From Candidatus Iainarchaeum sp. (GTDB lineage Archaea > B1Sed10-29 > WALL01): DNA of 64,000 nucleotides. Made by a program: the position numbers and the translations under genes. Shown here piece by piece: positions 8,879 to 18,296 of this stretch (its first letter is position 1; each line of letters begins with the position of its first letter). The stretch lies in assembly GCA_023129115.1 (NCBI GenBank), contig JAGMCR010000002.1, positions 32,001-96,000 on the forward strand, read 5' to 3'. The notes beneath the pieces were generated by a model. It did not search any database, was not told where the DNA came from, and saw only the letters and a program-made list of their open reading frames with translations.

Positions 8879-10156
8879 TTAAGCTTTCTGGTCCTCAGCC
8901 CGTTTTTCCTTGGAAACTCCCCCCAAAAGACTGGCCCCAGCAGGACCTGTCCCCGGAGAACTGGCCCCGGGAGCACTAGCCCCAGGAGAACCTGTCCCAG
9001 AAGAACTGGGGGGGACGCCAGTTGGCGTCCCCCCGGTTGGAGTCTTAGCTGCAGTGGTTGGCGTCCCCCCGGTTGGAGCCTTAGCTGCAGGAGTTGGGGT
9101 TGCCCCGGTTGGAGCCTTAGCTGCAGGAGTTGGGGTTGCCCCGGTTGGAGCCTTAGCTGCTCCGGTTGGGGCCTTGGCCGCGGGGGTTGGAGCCTTTGCT
9201 GCTTCGGCTGGAGCCTTGGCCGCGGGGGTTGGAGCCTTTGCTGCGGGCGGCTTCGGTGCGGGGGGCTTGGCTTCTTCTTTCGGAGCTGGCGCGGGTGGCT
9301 TTGCCTCTTCCTTCTTCGGCGCGGGCTTCGGCTTCTCTTGCTTCGGCGCCTTCTTCGTGCCCGTCAAGTCCCGCCTCTTCTTCGGCCTCAGCAGCCCCAG
9401 AATCGCGTCAAGCAGCCCCGGCTTCTTCGCCTCAATCATGGGCGGCGGAGCCCCAATCAGCTTGGCAGCCAGGTTGATTACCGCCGTGCCCCCGAGCGAA
9501 GTCGGGTGCTTCAGCACCACGGGCGTGCCCTCCAGCGAGCACTCGCGGAACTGTGGGTCCTCTGGAATCACCGCAAGCACCTCGGTCTGGAGCGCCTTCT
9601 GGATTTCCTTGGAAGTCATTTCCTGCTTCATGTCCTTGTACATCTCGACGACCACGCCAGTGATGTCGAGGCCGAGCCTCCGCTCGGCAATCATGATTAG
9701 CTTCAGTGCATCCGCGACGGCAATGGACTCCGCCATCGTCACCACAAGCACTTCGGTCGCGCCGTGCAGGCTGGCAAGCACGTCGTTCCCAATCCCGGCC
9801 GCGGTGTCTAGCAGGACTATGTCGGCCTGCTCCGCCAGCTCCTTGATGACGTCAGCCAATTTCTCGTCGTCCACGCGCCTGAACTTCTCGATGGAAAGCC
9901 CCGCCGGCACGAACCTAATGCCGCCAGGCCCGTCATAAATCGCGTCCGCCAGCGACGCCTCTCCCGCGAGCACGTCCTGGAGCGTGATTGGCCTGCCCTC
10001 CATGCCGAGCATGAGCCCGAGGTTGGCCATCTGCAGGTCAGTGTCGACCACAAGGACTCTCTTGCCCATCTTGGCGAGCGCGACGCCGAGGTTTGCGGCT
10101 AGGGAAGTCTTCCCGACCCCGCCCTTGCCCGACGCAATCGCGATAATCCGCGTCAT
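8879..10156 (-). CDS. minD: MinD-family ATPase with a long P/A/K/T-rich repetitive C-terminal tail
   Basis: ASGKGGVGKT deviant Walker A, VDTDL, LLDTAAG, IPEDP; tail of TPAAKAPTG repeats. Confidence 0.9.
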   Translation of the reverse strand: MTRIIAIASGKGGVGKTSLAANLGVALAKMGKRVLVVDTDLQMANLGLMLGMEGRPITLQDVLAGEASLADAIYDGPGGIRFVPAGLSIEKFRRVDDEKLADVIKELAEQADIVLLDTAAGIGNDVLASLHGATEVLVVTMAESIAVADALKLIMIAERRLGLDITGVVVEMYKDMKQEMTSKEIQKALQTEVLAVIPEDPQFRECSLEGTPVVLKHPTSLGGTAVINLAAKLIGAPPPMIEAKKPGLLDAILGLLRPKKRRDLTGTKKAPKQEKPKPAPKKEEAKPPAPAPKEEAKPPAPKPPAAKAPTPAAKAPAEAAKAPTPAAKAPTGAAKAPTGATPTPAAKAPTGATPTPAAKAPTGGTPTTAAKTPTGGTPTGVPPSSSGTGSPGASAPGASSPGTGPAGASLLGGVSKEKRAEDQKA

Positions 10157-10611
10157 GAATTGTCTCCCTTGTGTATCTTGCGCATGAGCGCCCTCATCTC
10201 AATGGGCGAGACATTGCCCATTGCCTCGACAACAACGAGCGAGCCGTTGTCGGGGCAGACTACATGAGTGCTTTTCTCGCCCTTTATTAATAAGTATTTC
10301 GCGTCAGGGATCTCCTTGAGGACCGAATCGTAAATGCTTTTCTCGGGCTGGATGTCCTTCCTCCCGCTCTCGGCTACCACGGAGCCGTCCCTGTTCGCGA
10401 GCACGATTGAGGAAAGCGTGAAGTCGTCCGCCAGCTTGCTGAAGTACTGCCCCGTCATCGCCGGCTTGACGAACCGCGTCTCGCCCGGGTAAAGCATCTC
10501 CCGCAGCAGAGCCATCCTCTCCTGCCGCTCGTCCTCCAGGCTCTTCTTGCCAATGAGCTTGCGAAAGGTGTTCCTCACCACCCAATCAATGTTCCACGGC
10601 TTGAGTCTCAT
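10153..10611 (-). CDS. Hypothetical protein, possibly roadblock/profilin-like fold
   Basis: SIVLANRDGSVVAES pattern; translationally coupled to minD. Confidence 0.55.
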   Translation of the reverse strand: MRLKPWNIDWVVRNTFRKLIGKKSLEDERQERMALLREMLYPGETRFVKPAMTGQYFSKLADDFTLSSIVLANRDGSVVAESGRKDIQPEKSIYDSVLKEIPDAKYLLIKGEKSTHVVCPDNGSLVVVEAMGNVSPIEMRALMRKIHKGDNS

Positions 10612-10615
10612 CGGT

Positions 10616-11383
10616 TCATGTCTCCTTCAGAAGCAGTTTCTTTAGCTTTTCGGCCTGCTGGTTGAGCTCCTCAAGCTCCTGTGTGGTCTCGGTGTCCAGC
10701 TCTTTGTCGACCAGCGCCTCCACCTTTTCCGGCGGCTTCATGTCCTCGACCAGCGGCTTTTCGGTCGGCTCCTCGCGCGGCGGCACGGGCTCCTTGGGCT
10801 TTTCCCCCGAGAGGTAGCCCTTGACCTTGTCCGCGACCTTGTCGGCCGCCCCCGCCGCCGGCACAGCCGACTCGACGCTTGCCTTTATGTCGGCGTAATT
10901 GTCTATCCTGATTTCCTCGAGCCCGTGCTCCGCGAGCACGCTCTTGGGCTTCTTGGGCAAGGCAGCCAATTCCTGCCTCTCGAACTCCTCGGAATACGCG
11001 ACCGGGACCATGCCCTCGAACGACCGGAGCGGAATCCGCTCCAGCAGCAGGATGTTCTCGTTGAATATCTTGAGCAGCTCGAGCTGCTGCGCCGTGAGGG
11101 TGTACGAGTCGTACACGCCATTCTTTGCGACGATGGCGTTGACCACGCGCTTAAGGGCCTCGCCAGCGGCGTGCTCCTTGCCGAACGCGAGGTACGCGTA
11201 GTGCGCGCCGAGGATGCCGCCGGACTCAATGACGAGCAAGCCGTCCTCGAGGCCGCGCTCCCCGCTAGTTGTGACGCAGAAGTAGCCCGTCTTGTTGGCG
11301 TCCATGAACGAGATTATGTCGCGGACCGCCTCTCCCGACAGGGCCTTGCCGGCGATTTCCTGGGCGCCAAGCGGTATGTTCAC
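10616..11383 (-). CDS. DUF2226-like protein (minD-associated)
   Basis: MNIPLG...TGYFCVT...GLEDGLLVIESGGILGAHY pattern and position in the minD operon. Confidence 0.6.
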   Translation of the reverse strand: MNIPLGAQEIAGKALSGEAVRDIISFMDANKTGYFCVTTSGERGLEDGLLVIESGGILGAHYAYLAFGKEHAAGEALKRVVNAIVAKNGVYDSYTLTAQQLELLKIFNENILLLERIPLRSFEGMVPVAYSEEFERQELAALPKKPKSVLAEHGLEEIRIDNYADIKASVESAVPAAGAADKVADKVKGYLSGEKPKEPVPPREEPTEKPLVEDMKPPEKVEALVDKELDTETTQELEELNQQAEKLKKLLLKET

Positions 11384-11386
11384 TTT

Positions 11387-11842
11387 TCACTCACCGTCTA
11401 TCCTTCCAATCATAATCACTTTGTCGGCCGTGTTCCTGAGGGCAGTGGAAAACCCCGGCTCGACGCCGAGCACGATGGTCTCCTTGCCCTTGAGCTTTGC
11501 CTTCTGGAGCACGGGCTGGAAGTCCGCGTCCCTCGTCATGAGCGCGAGTATGTCGATGGACGAGTTGTACACGAGGTCGATGGCCTCGACGGCCATGGTC
11601 ACGTCCACGTCAGTGCTCGTTATCACGGGCTCGAACCCCTGGTTGGTCACGGCCTCTATCAGCTTGTCTGGCGCGTACTGGTCCAGAAAAACTTTGCAGA
11701 CCTTGACCTGGCCGTATGGCTTGAGCTTGTTCTTCATGTCGAACAGGTTGACGTTGAACTCCTTCCGTAGAATGTTTGGCCCGTCCACGAGCACGCCAAT
11801 ATGCTTGTGGGTAATCCTGTGCAAGCCAAGCTTGCTCCTCAC
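11387..11842 (-). CDS. NYN-domain protein (TIGR00288-like)
   Basis: VLVDGPNILRKEF, DVDV, TRDADFQP, GFSTAL. Confidence 0.9.
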   Translation of the reverse strand: MRSKLGLHRITHKHIGVLVDGPNILRKEFNVNLFDMKNKLKPYGQVKVCKVFLDQYAPDKLIEAVTNQGFEPVITSTDVDVTMAVEAIDLVYNSSIDILALMTRDADFQPVLQKAKLKGKETIVLGVEPGFSTALRNTADKVIMIGRIDGE

Positions 11843-11869
11843 TTCTTCAAATACAATAATAATCGCCGC

Positions 11870-12628
11870 CTACACGGTTCTGGCCGGGACAGCAAAAAAA
11901 CGCAGTGCGTTCTCAAAGATGTAATCCGTCGCATCGACTTCTTTCAAGGTCGACACCAAAGCAACAATATCACGAACGAAGAACGGCTCGTTGCGCTTGC
12001 CCCTCATTGGACAATTATAGGGGCTGTCTGTCTCGACTAAGGTATATTCTAGAGGAAGCAGCTTAATAAGCCTTTTGTCCTTGCTCCCCGTGCACAGGCT
12101 TATATAAAAGCCGTGGTCCAGGCACTCCTGCGCCTCTTCCCCGCTGCCAGAAAAGTGGTGCATCATCACCCTGTCAGGGCGCTTTTTGCCAATAATTTTC
12201 AATAAGTCTGGCATTGCGTCGCGGCAGTGGACCACCAGCGGCTTCTTCAGCTCCTCTGCCAGCGCGATGAACTTCTTGAACACTTCTTTCTGCCTTTCCC
12301 TGCCCTTGCCGGCGGGGGTCCAGTGGTAGTCCAGCCCGACCTCGCCGATTGCGGTGATGTCGTCGCGGTGCTCTTTAATCAACTCAATAAAGTTGTCGAC
12401 GTCTTTGTCGCCCATCTTTGCCGCGAGCGGCGGCGCGAGCCCGAGCGAGGCCTTGATGAACGCGGGGTGCTCGTGGTGCATCTCGAGCGTGGCAGTGTTT
12501 CCCGAGAAATCGACTCCCGAATTAACAACGAAGTCCACTGCCTTCTTGTTCCGCTCGATGACTTCCTCGCGGTCCTTCTCGAACCGCTTGTCCTCGAGGT
12601 GGCAGTGGCAGTCCACTAGTGGCATCAA
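11870..12628 (-). CDS. tatD: TatD-family hydrolase/DNase
   Basis: DCHCHL, IGEVGLDY, VVHCRDA, ETDSPY, NEP. Confidence 0.95.
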   Translation of the reverse strand: MMPLVDCHCHLEDKRFEKDREEVIERNKKAVDFVVNSGVDFSGNTATLEMHHEHPAFIKASLGLAPPLAAKMGDKDVDNFIELIKEHRDDITAIGEVGLDYHWTPAGKGRERQKEVFKKFIALAEELKKPLVVHCRDAMPDLLKIIGKKRPDRVMMHHFSGSGEEAQECLDHGFYISLCTGSKDKRLIKLLPLEYTLVETDSPYNCPMRGKRNEPFFVRDIVALVSTLKEVDATDYIFENALRFFAVPARTV

Positions 12629-12659
12629 GTTAAAAAAGGTTAAACTCTATTTAACCATT

Positions 12660-13655
12660 GTGCAGAAAAAGCAGCTTTTTTCAACGTTTTTCGTCGGGCT
12701 CCTCGTGTTCGCGGTAATCGTCTGGGTGCTCGGGCCGGCAGAGATGTGGGCACAGCTCTCTGCGATGAGGCCAGAATTCCTTTTGCTGGCGCTGGGCCTG
12801 CAGCTCCTGGTAATGGCCGCCATGGCGTACCGGTGGTCAATCTTCATCAAGGCCACGGGCCACAAGGCCGGGTTCGGCAGCGTGCTCCTGATGACGCTGG
12901 CGGGCACTGCCTTGAACAACATCACGCCCAGCTCGCGAATGGGCGGCGAGCCGCTCCGCGCGTATTTACTGAAGAAGCGGCACGGCGCGCGCACCAGCAC
13001 GGGCCTCGCCACGGTCGTCATCGAGAAAATCGCTGACATGACCGCGTTCTCCATAATCACGGTCCTCGCCATCTTCTACGCGTTCTATTACCTCAACGTC
13101 CCCGGCCATACGGTCCTGCTCCTCGTGCTCTCGTTCTTCTTCACCACGGGCGTGATGGCCGCCCTGGTCTACGTCACGCTCCGCCGCAAAATCAAGGCCA
13201 AGTGGATTGTGGGCTTGATTGACAAGTACCAACACTTGTCCGAGAAGTTCCCCCTGGTCTCGTACTACCGGGACAAGATGGACGACTCGCTCGCGAATTA
13301 TTACGACTCCGCGGCGCGCATCGCGAAGAAGCGCGTCATAGTCAAGGCAATCCTTGCGTCGCTTTTGTATTGGGCCCTGGAGATATCCCGCGCGTACGTG
13401 CTTTTTCTGGCGTTCGGCGTGAACGTCCCGATTGCCGTAATCGCGGCGGTCTACGTGATTGCAAATATTGTGGCCTCGCTGCCGCTGCCGCCGGGCACGC
13501 TTGAGGCGACAATGATAATTATTTATTCGAGCACTGCGATTAACACGGTAACTGCGGGTGCAGTCACGCTCATTGACCGCCTGATTTCGTTTTGGCTGGT
13601 CATTATCGCCGGCCTGCCGGTCGCGTGGCACCTCGGGCTGACAAGCAAGAAGTGA
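12660..13655 (+). CDS. UPF0104 / lysylphosphatidylglycerol-synthase TM-domain (flippase-like) membrane protein
   Basis: RW...NNITPSSRMGGEPLR...EKIAD, many TM helices; start set to the GTG at 12660. Confidence 0.88.
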   Translation: MQKKQLFSTFFVGLLVFAVIVWVLGPAEMWAQLSAMRPEFLLLALGLQLLVMAAMAYRWSIFIKATGHKAGFGSVLLMTLAGTALNNITPSSRMGGEPLRAYLLKKRHGARTSTGLATVVIEKIADMTAFSIITVLAIFYAFYYLNVPGHTVLLLVLSFFFTTGVMAALVYVTLRRKIKAKWIVGLIDKYQHLSEKFPLVSYYRDKMDDSLANYYDSAARIAKKRVIVKAILASLLYWALEISRAYVLFLAFGVNVPIAVIAAVYVIANIVASLPLPPGTLEATMIIIYSSTAINTVTAGAVTLIDRLISFWLVIIAGLPVAWHLGLTSKK

Positions 13656-14202
13656 CATCCAACCCGCATTTTTCCAAAAGCTCTTTTGTTATTTCTTCTC
13701 TGTCGTCGGATAGGTCAAACAGTTCGTCGTGCACATAGGTGTTCCCGTCGTAATACAATATTGTCAGGACATTTGCTTCTTTTGCTTGCCCCACTGCTGG
13801 GGCGTAGTCGCTGTCACCGCTAACAAGGACTGCTGTGTCGATTTTTCCTGTCCAGCTCAGCTTGACAAGGTCTATGGCAAGAAGGATGTCCACCCCCTTC
13901 TGTTGAAAGGGCTTGTCTTGTTGGCTTGTTTTCTTGAGGTGGCCCCATCGGGTCACGAACTTTGGTAATCTCTCCAGTTTCTTCCTGAACTTGTATTTTT
14001 TTGAGTACCTCTCTCTTTCTTTTTCAGTCGGTGGGTTACTCTGGAACGGCATGCAATCGTAGACATACGTCCTAAACCTTTTCCCCCCTTGTTTTCTACA
14101 GAGTTCTTCTGAAAACTGCAGGTAATCTACTCGAGGGACCCCCAGGTTACGGCATGCCTTTTCAAAATAGGCATTATCGATAAAGACTCCAATCCTCTCC
14201 AT
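13603..14202 (-). CDS. NYN-domain (LabA/DUF88) protein
   Basis: VFIDNAY, QQKGVDILLAID, LVSGDSDY. Confidence 0.9.
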   Translation of the reverse strand: MERIGVFIDNAYFEKACRNLGVPRVDYLQFSEELCRKQGGKRFRTYVYDCMPFQSNPPTEKERERYSKKYKFRKKLERLPKFVTRWGHLKKTSQQDKPFQQKGVDILLAIDLVKLSWTGKIDTAVLVSGDSDYAPAVGQAKEANVLTILYYDGNTYVHDELFDLSDDREEITKELLEKCGLDVTSCLSARGATRPAGRR

Positions 14203-14389
14203 TTATTTCCTCTCCCACATAGTTTAACTACCGTTCCTGGCGGCCCAAATAAGCCGGGGAACGGCAGCGAATATGGTAAATATTAATTGGGGTTTTTTGT
14301 TTATAAGCATTGTGATTTTCTTGACGATGTATTAGACTAAAGCCTTTTATTTGAGTTAGGAGTAATCCAAGCCAACGAGGGGTAATCAC

Positions 14390-14773
14390 ATGGCTGGAAA
14401 GACAATTGGAATGGTCAAGGACCTGAAAAAAGGAAAGTACGTGCTTATTGACGACGTGCCGTGCAAGGTAGTCGACATCCAGACGTCGAAGCCCGGGAAG
14501 CACGGCGCCGCCAAGGCGCGGGTGACGGCAATCGGTGTTTTTGACGGCTCGAAAAAGCAATTGCTCAAGCCCATGGACGCCAACTGCGAGATTCCGATGG
14601 TTGACCGCCGCAAGGGCCAGGTCATCGCGGACCTCGGCGACAACATCCAGCTCATGGACATGGAGACGTACGAGACGTTCGAGATGAAGAAGCCAACGGA
14701 CATCGCCGTGGAAACGGGCGCAGAAGTCGAGTACATGGACGTCATGGGCCAGAAAATGATTACGAGGAAATGA
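14390..14773 (+). CDS. eif5a: Translation factor aIF5A
   Basis: SKPGKHGAAK hypusination motif; QLMDMETYETFE. Confidence 0.97.
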   Translation: MAGKTIGMVKDLKKGKYVLIDDVPCKVVDIQTSKPGKHGAAKARVTAIGVFDGSKKQLLKPMDANCEIPMVDRRKGQVIADLGDNIQLMDMETYETFEMKKPTDIAVETGAEVEYMDVMGQKMITRK

Positions 14774-14797
14774 GCCCAAACCTTTATTAGATTTGAG

Positions 14798-15193
14798 TTG
14801 CATAATGCTAGCGGTGAGACTGTGGAGAAATTTCGGGTAAGAAGGCAGTTCAAGAAAAATAGGATTAGTGTTACAATACACCAAATGGAGTATGAGAAAG
14901 ATACTACTGGCAAGAAAAAGTTCTCCAAGACCTTCAAGCTGAAGAGTGTTGATGGGAGGCACATCGACGCGATTACAAGCGCTATCGAGGAGGAGGGGGT
15001 TGGCCCGGGGCCATCGGCAAAGCTCTTTTTTCACTTGACTTCCCTGGAAGTCAGAACCCAAGTTAATGAAGCAATAAAAAACGGGGAGATAGCCATGGAG
15101 CACAAATTCTTTCTCTTTAGGAAACCCCTGGTGTTTTCGCTAAGGGGCAAATATTCCGAGCTGATAAAGGAATACCAAAGCAAGCAGAAATAG
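14798..15193 (+). CDS. Hypothetical basic protein
   Basis: ORF fills the intergenic space; no recognised motif. Confidence 0.5.
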   Translation: MHNASGETVEKFRVRRQFKKNRISVTIHQMEYEKDTTGKKKFSKTFKLKSVDGRHIDAITSAIEEEGVGPGPSAKLFFHLTSLEVRTQVNEAIKNGEIAMEHKFFLFRKPLVFSLRGKYSELIKEYQSKQK

Positions 15194-15232
15194 GTTCGCG
15201 CGGGAAATGAGTTAAATACCCCCTTTTCTTAA

Positions 15233-16201
15233 TTGGTTTTGATGCACGCAATCAAGGCAAGGAACGTAGTCAAGGTCTATGACGATCCAAGCGGCCGCGT
15301 AAAAGCACTGGACGGCGTTTCTTTCGAGGTCGACAAAGGCGAAATCTTTGGGCTCTTGGGCCCAAACGGCGCTGGAAAAAGCACGCTCATAAACATGATT
15401 ACCGGGCTTATTTCTTCGACGAGTGGCAACATAAAGATTTTTGGGAAGGACGTGGCCACAGACTGGTACAGTGTCAAGGAAATGACTGGCACGTGCTTCG
15501 GCTTCGCGAGATTCATTTATTTCATGACCGGCCGTGAAAACTTGAGGTTCTTCGGTTACTTGTATGATATGAGTGACCACGAAATTGACAAGCGAATTGA
15601 CGAGCTCGCCCAAACGCTTCGGCTTTCGGAAATCGATTCGCGGGCCGGCACCTATTCCTCCGGGATGACCCAGAAGCTCTCGCTCATGAAAGGCCTCTTG
15701 CACAACCCCAAGCTCTTGCTGGTGGACGAGCTGACGGTTGGGCTCGATGTCGACGCGGCGATGAACGTACGGAATGTCTTCAGGCAGGTCCAGCGCGACG
15801 AGGGCACCACGGTTTTGCTCACCACGCATTACATGCAGGAGGCGAACGACCTTTGCAACCGAATAGCGCTGATAAGCAAGGGCAAGCTATACGCGCTGGA
15901 CACCCCAAAAAAGCTGAAGCGCCTGGCGAGGGACTATGACGTCATCGAAATCACCCTCAAGCAAGCAAAAAAAGCCGAGGCAATTGTGCGGCGGCAGAAG
16001 GGCGTCCTCGACGTCTTCGTCGGCAAGGACAGGCTCGTGGCCAAGGTATCGTCTTCAGAAAAAAGCCTCCAGCCAGTCATTGGCGGGCTGCTGAAAAAAG
16101 GGTTTATGTTCACCAACCTCAAGGTCAGGAAGCCCATGCTGGAAGAAGTCTTCTTGTCACTGACCGGCCAAAGCCTTGGGGGTGAGTGGCACGAATTTTA
16201 A
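15233..16201 (+). CDS. ABC exporter ATP-binding subunit (DrrA/CcmA-like)
   Basis: GPNGAGKS, YSSGM, LLVDE, TTHYM. Confidence 0.95.
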   Translation: MVLMHAIKARNVVKVYDDPSGRVKALDGVSFEVDKGEIFGLLGPNGAGKSTLINMITGLISSTSGNIKIFGKDVATDWYSVKEMTGTCFGFARFIYFMTGRENLRFFGYLYDMSDHEIDKRIDELAQTLRLSEIDSRAGTYSSGMTQKLSLMKGLLHNPKLLLVDELTVGLDVDAAMNVRNVFRQVQRDEGTTVLLTTHYMQEANDLCNRIALISKGKLYALDTPKKLKRLARDYDVIEITLKQAKKAEAIVRRQKGVLDVFVGKDRLVAKVSSSEKSLQPVIGGLLKKGFMFTNLKVRKPMLEEVFLSLTGQSLGGEWHEF

Positions 16202-16955
16202 TACCGTGAAGGCCTTTGCTTACCGGCTTATCGCCAACTTCTGGAAACAGAAGATGTACATATTCGCCGAGGTATTGTTCTGGCCCCTAATGTTTTTGGT
16301 CGCGTTTGGGCTGTTGATAAAGACGTTTTCGGCCGACCCCACAGTGATTAATTACATTCTCGCGGCGTCAATAACCTGGCGCATAACCACGGTCTTCCAG
16401 CAGTCAGTGAATATGGGGTTCCTCCTTGACTACTGGAACGAGACCATGCGCCAGACCTGGGTCGCGCCGTTCCACCTCAAGGAATACGTAATCGGGAACA
16501 GCATGCTGGGCCTGCTTTCCGGCTCGGTCACGTTCCTGGTGTCGCTGGTCGTGGCGTGGCTGGCGTTTGGGTTCAGCTACCAGCCGCTGTGGCTCTTTGT
16601 GCTTACAATTGTAATAATGGCGGTGTGGGGGTGCGTGATTGGCGTCCTCATTCTTGCGACAACTGTTCGCGTTGGGGAAGGCGCCACACGCCTCGCGTGG
16701 GTCATCACAGACATAATCGTGCTGTTGAGTGGCGTGTTTTACCCAATCACGATGCTGCCCGTGCCAATCCAGTTCGTCAGCCACTTCCTGCCGTCCACGT
16801 TCCTGTTCCAAATGCTGCGCGTGCACTCCTTCAGCCCGGTGCTCATGGCCGGGTCAGCTGTAATGGTGGTGGCCTACCTCGTCCTGGGGATGGCGCTGCT
16901 GAGGTACAGCGTGAACCACGCCAAGAAAGTCGGCAGGCTCGTGAGGTTCTACTGA
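16176..16955 (+). CDS. ABC-2 type permease
   Basis: Six TM helices, LSGVFYPITMLP. Confidence 0.9.
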   Translation: MGVSGTNFNTVKAFAYRLIANFWKQKMYIFAEVLFWPLMFLVAFGLLIKTFSADPTVINYILAASITWRITTVFQQSVNMGFLLDYWNETMRQTWVAPFHLKEYVIGNSMLGLLSGSVTFLVSLVVAWLAFGFSYQPLWLFVLTIVIMAVWGCVIGVLILATTVRVGEGATRLAWVITDIIVLLSGVFYPITMLPVPIQFVSHFLPSTFLFQMLRVHSFSPVLMAGSAVMVVAYLVLGMALLRYSVNHAKKVGRLVRFY

Positions 16956-17500
16956 TGAAAAAAACACGCCCCGAGCACCAGCCCGGCTTTGAGTTCCGCC
17001 CCGGGGAATACGAGTCCCCTGGCATGAAGCGAATGCAGGAACAGCTCACGCTCCGGGCAATCGAATTGTTGGGAATCGACTCCGGCCGAGTCATCGACAT
17101 TGGCTGCGGCACCGGCTACTCCACCCAAGTGCTTGCGGACACTGGCTTCGACGTCGTCGGCATCGACCCCAACCAAGAAATGGTCGAGAGGGCCAACGAA
17201 AGAAAACTAGCGTGTTCCGTGGGCTCGTTCGAGGAAATCCCCTTTCCCGACCATTCCTTCGACGCCGCCGTCTCCATTTCCACGCTGCAGTGGGTCGAGG
17301 ACTACCGCGCCGCCGCCAAAGAAGTGAGCCGCGTGCTGAAGTACTCCGCAAAAGCAGTGTTCCAGTTCTACCCCGAGTCAGAAGAAGACGCCATGAAGAC
17401 CGCGAAGGCATTCGCCCGCGAGGGCTTCAAGGCCGAGCTCGCGATAGACAACCCAGACAACCCAAAGAAAAAGAAAGTGTTTCTTGTCCTCGAACGCTAA
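16955..17500 (+). CDS. Class I SAM methyltransferase, Bud23/WBSCR22-like
   Basis: RPEH, Q..LTLRAIELL, IDIGCGTG, FDAAVSISTLQW, AVFQFYPE, KKKKVFLVL; start at the ATG overlapping the permease stop. Confidence 0.8.
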   Translation: MKKTRPEHQPGFEFRPGEYESPGMKRMQEQLTLRAIELLGIDSGRVIDIGCGTGYSTQVLADTGFDVVGIDPNQEMVERANERKLACSVGSFEEIPFPDHSFDAAVSISTLQWVEDYRAAAKEVSRVLKYSAKAVFQFYPESEEDAMKTAKAFAREGFKAELAIDNPDNPKKKKVFLVLER

Positions 17501-17544
17501 CAATTTTATACTGCAAGCGCCTTAACCCCCATGGGGAGAGAGTT

Positions 17545-17961
17545 GTGCGCCTGTACATAGACACCAACGTGCCGATTAGCCTGGTCACTGGCGAGTTCGG
17601 GAAAAACTATGAATTCATGGAAGAGAGAGTTAGAAGATTTCTTTCTGTGTGCGAAGAAGAAAAGCATACACTCATAATCTCTGACTGGATGACGAAAGAG
17701 CTTGAAGGAGTTAAGCCCCATTGTTCTAATTGGATTCAAGACTTTGCTGCTGAAAACATTATTGAATACGTTGAACTTACAAGAGAAGACAGCCTAAAGG
17801 CCAAAACGATATCTAATGCAAAAGGCATCCATTACTCCGACGCTCGGCATGTTCAGCTAGCGTTAAAGTCAAAGGCCGACGCAATAATAACGTGGGACAC
17901 CAAAGACTTCCAAAAAGTGAGTGACCTAATAACCGTGATGACGCCCGAACAGTTTATATGA
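17545..17961 (+). CDS. PIN-domain (VapC-like) ribonuclease
   Basis: LYIDTNV...DARHVQLA...IITWDTKDF; start at GTG 17545. Confidence 0.9.
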   Translation: MRLYIDTNVPISLVTGEFGKNYEFMEERVRRFLSVCEEEKHTLIISDWMTKELEGVKPHCSNWIQDFAAENIIEYVELTREDSLKAKTISNAKGIHYSDARHVQLALKSKADAIITWDTKDFQKVSDLITVMTPEQFI

Positions 17962-18241
17962 AGCCCTTTTCCCGGTCGAACTCCTCAGCAAGTTTGTCCT
18001 TGTAGTCCTTGTCAAACATCGCCCTCTCCAAGTCCTCGAGAGTAACACCCTCTTTCTTGAGCCTATCAGCCCACTTCTTTGCTACTGCATCCCATCTCCT
18101 CATACGCAGCTGAATCGCTTTTTCCCTCATTGCGTCACGCACTGCCTCGGAAACATTGGAGTACAGTTTACTCTGCTCTACTAATTCTTCAAACTCCTTC
18201 TTGAAAACAGGGTCAAGGCGGATTGTATAGCTCTGCTGCAT
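17954..18241 (-). CDS. Ribbon-helix-helix (CopG-like) protein, convergent with the PIN gene
   Basis: YTIRLDP...EELVEQSKLYSNVSEAVRDAMRE. Confidence 0.8.
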   Translation of the reverse strand: MQQSYTIRLDPVFKKEFEELVEQSKLYSNVSEAVRDAMREKAIQLRMRRWDAVAKKWADRLKKEGVTLEDLERAMFDKDYKDKLAEEFDREKGFI

Positions 18242-18296
18242 GTATTTACATTGTACATACAACTGGTATTTAAATCATGCTGCTAAAAACCACCCC

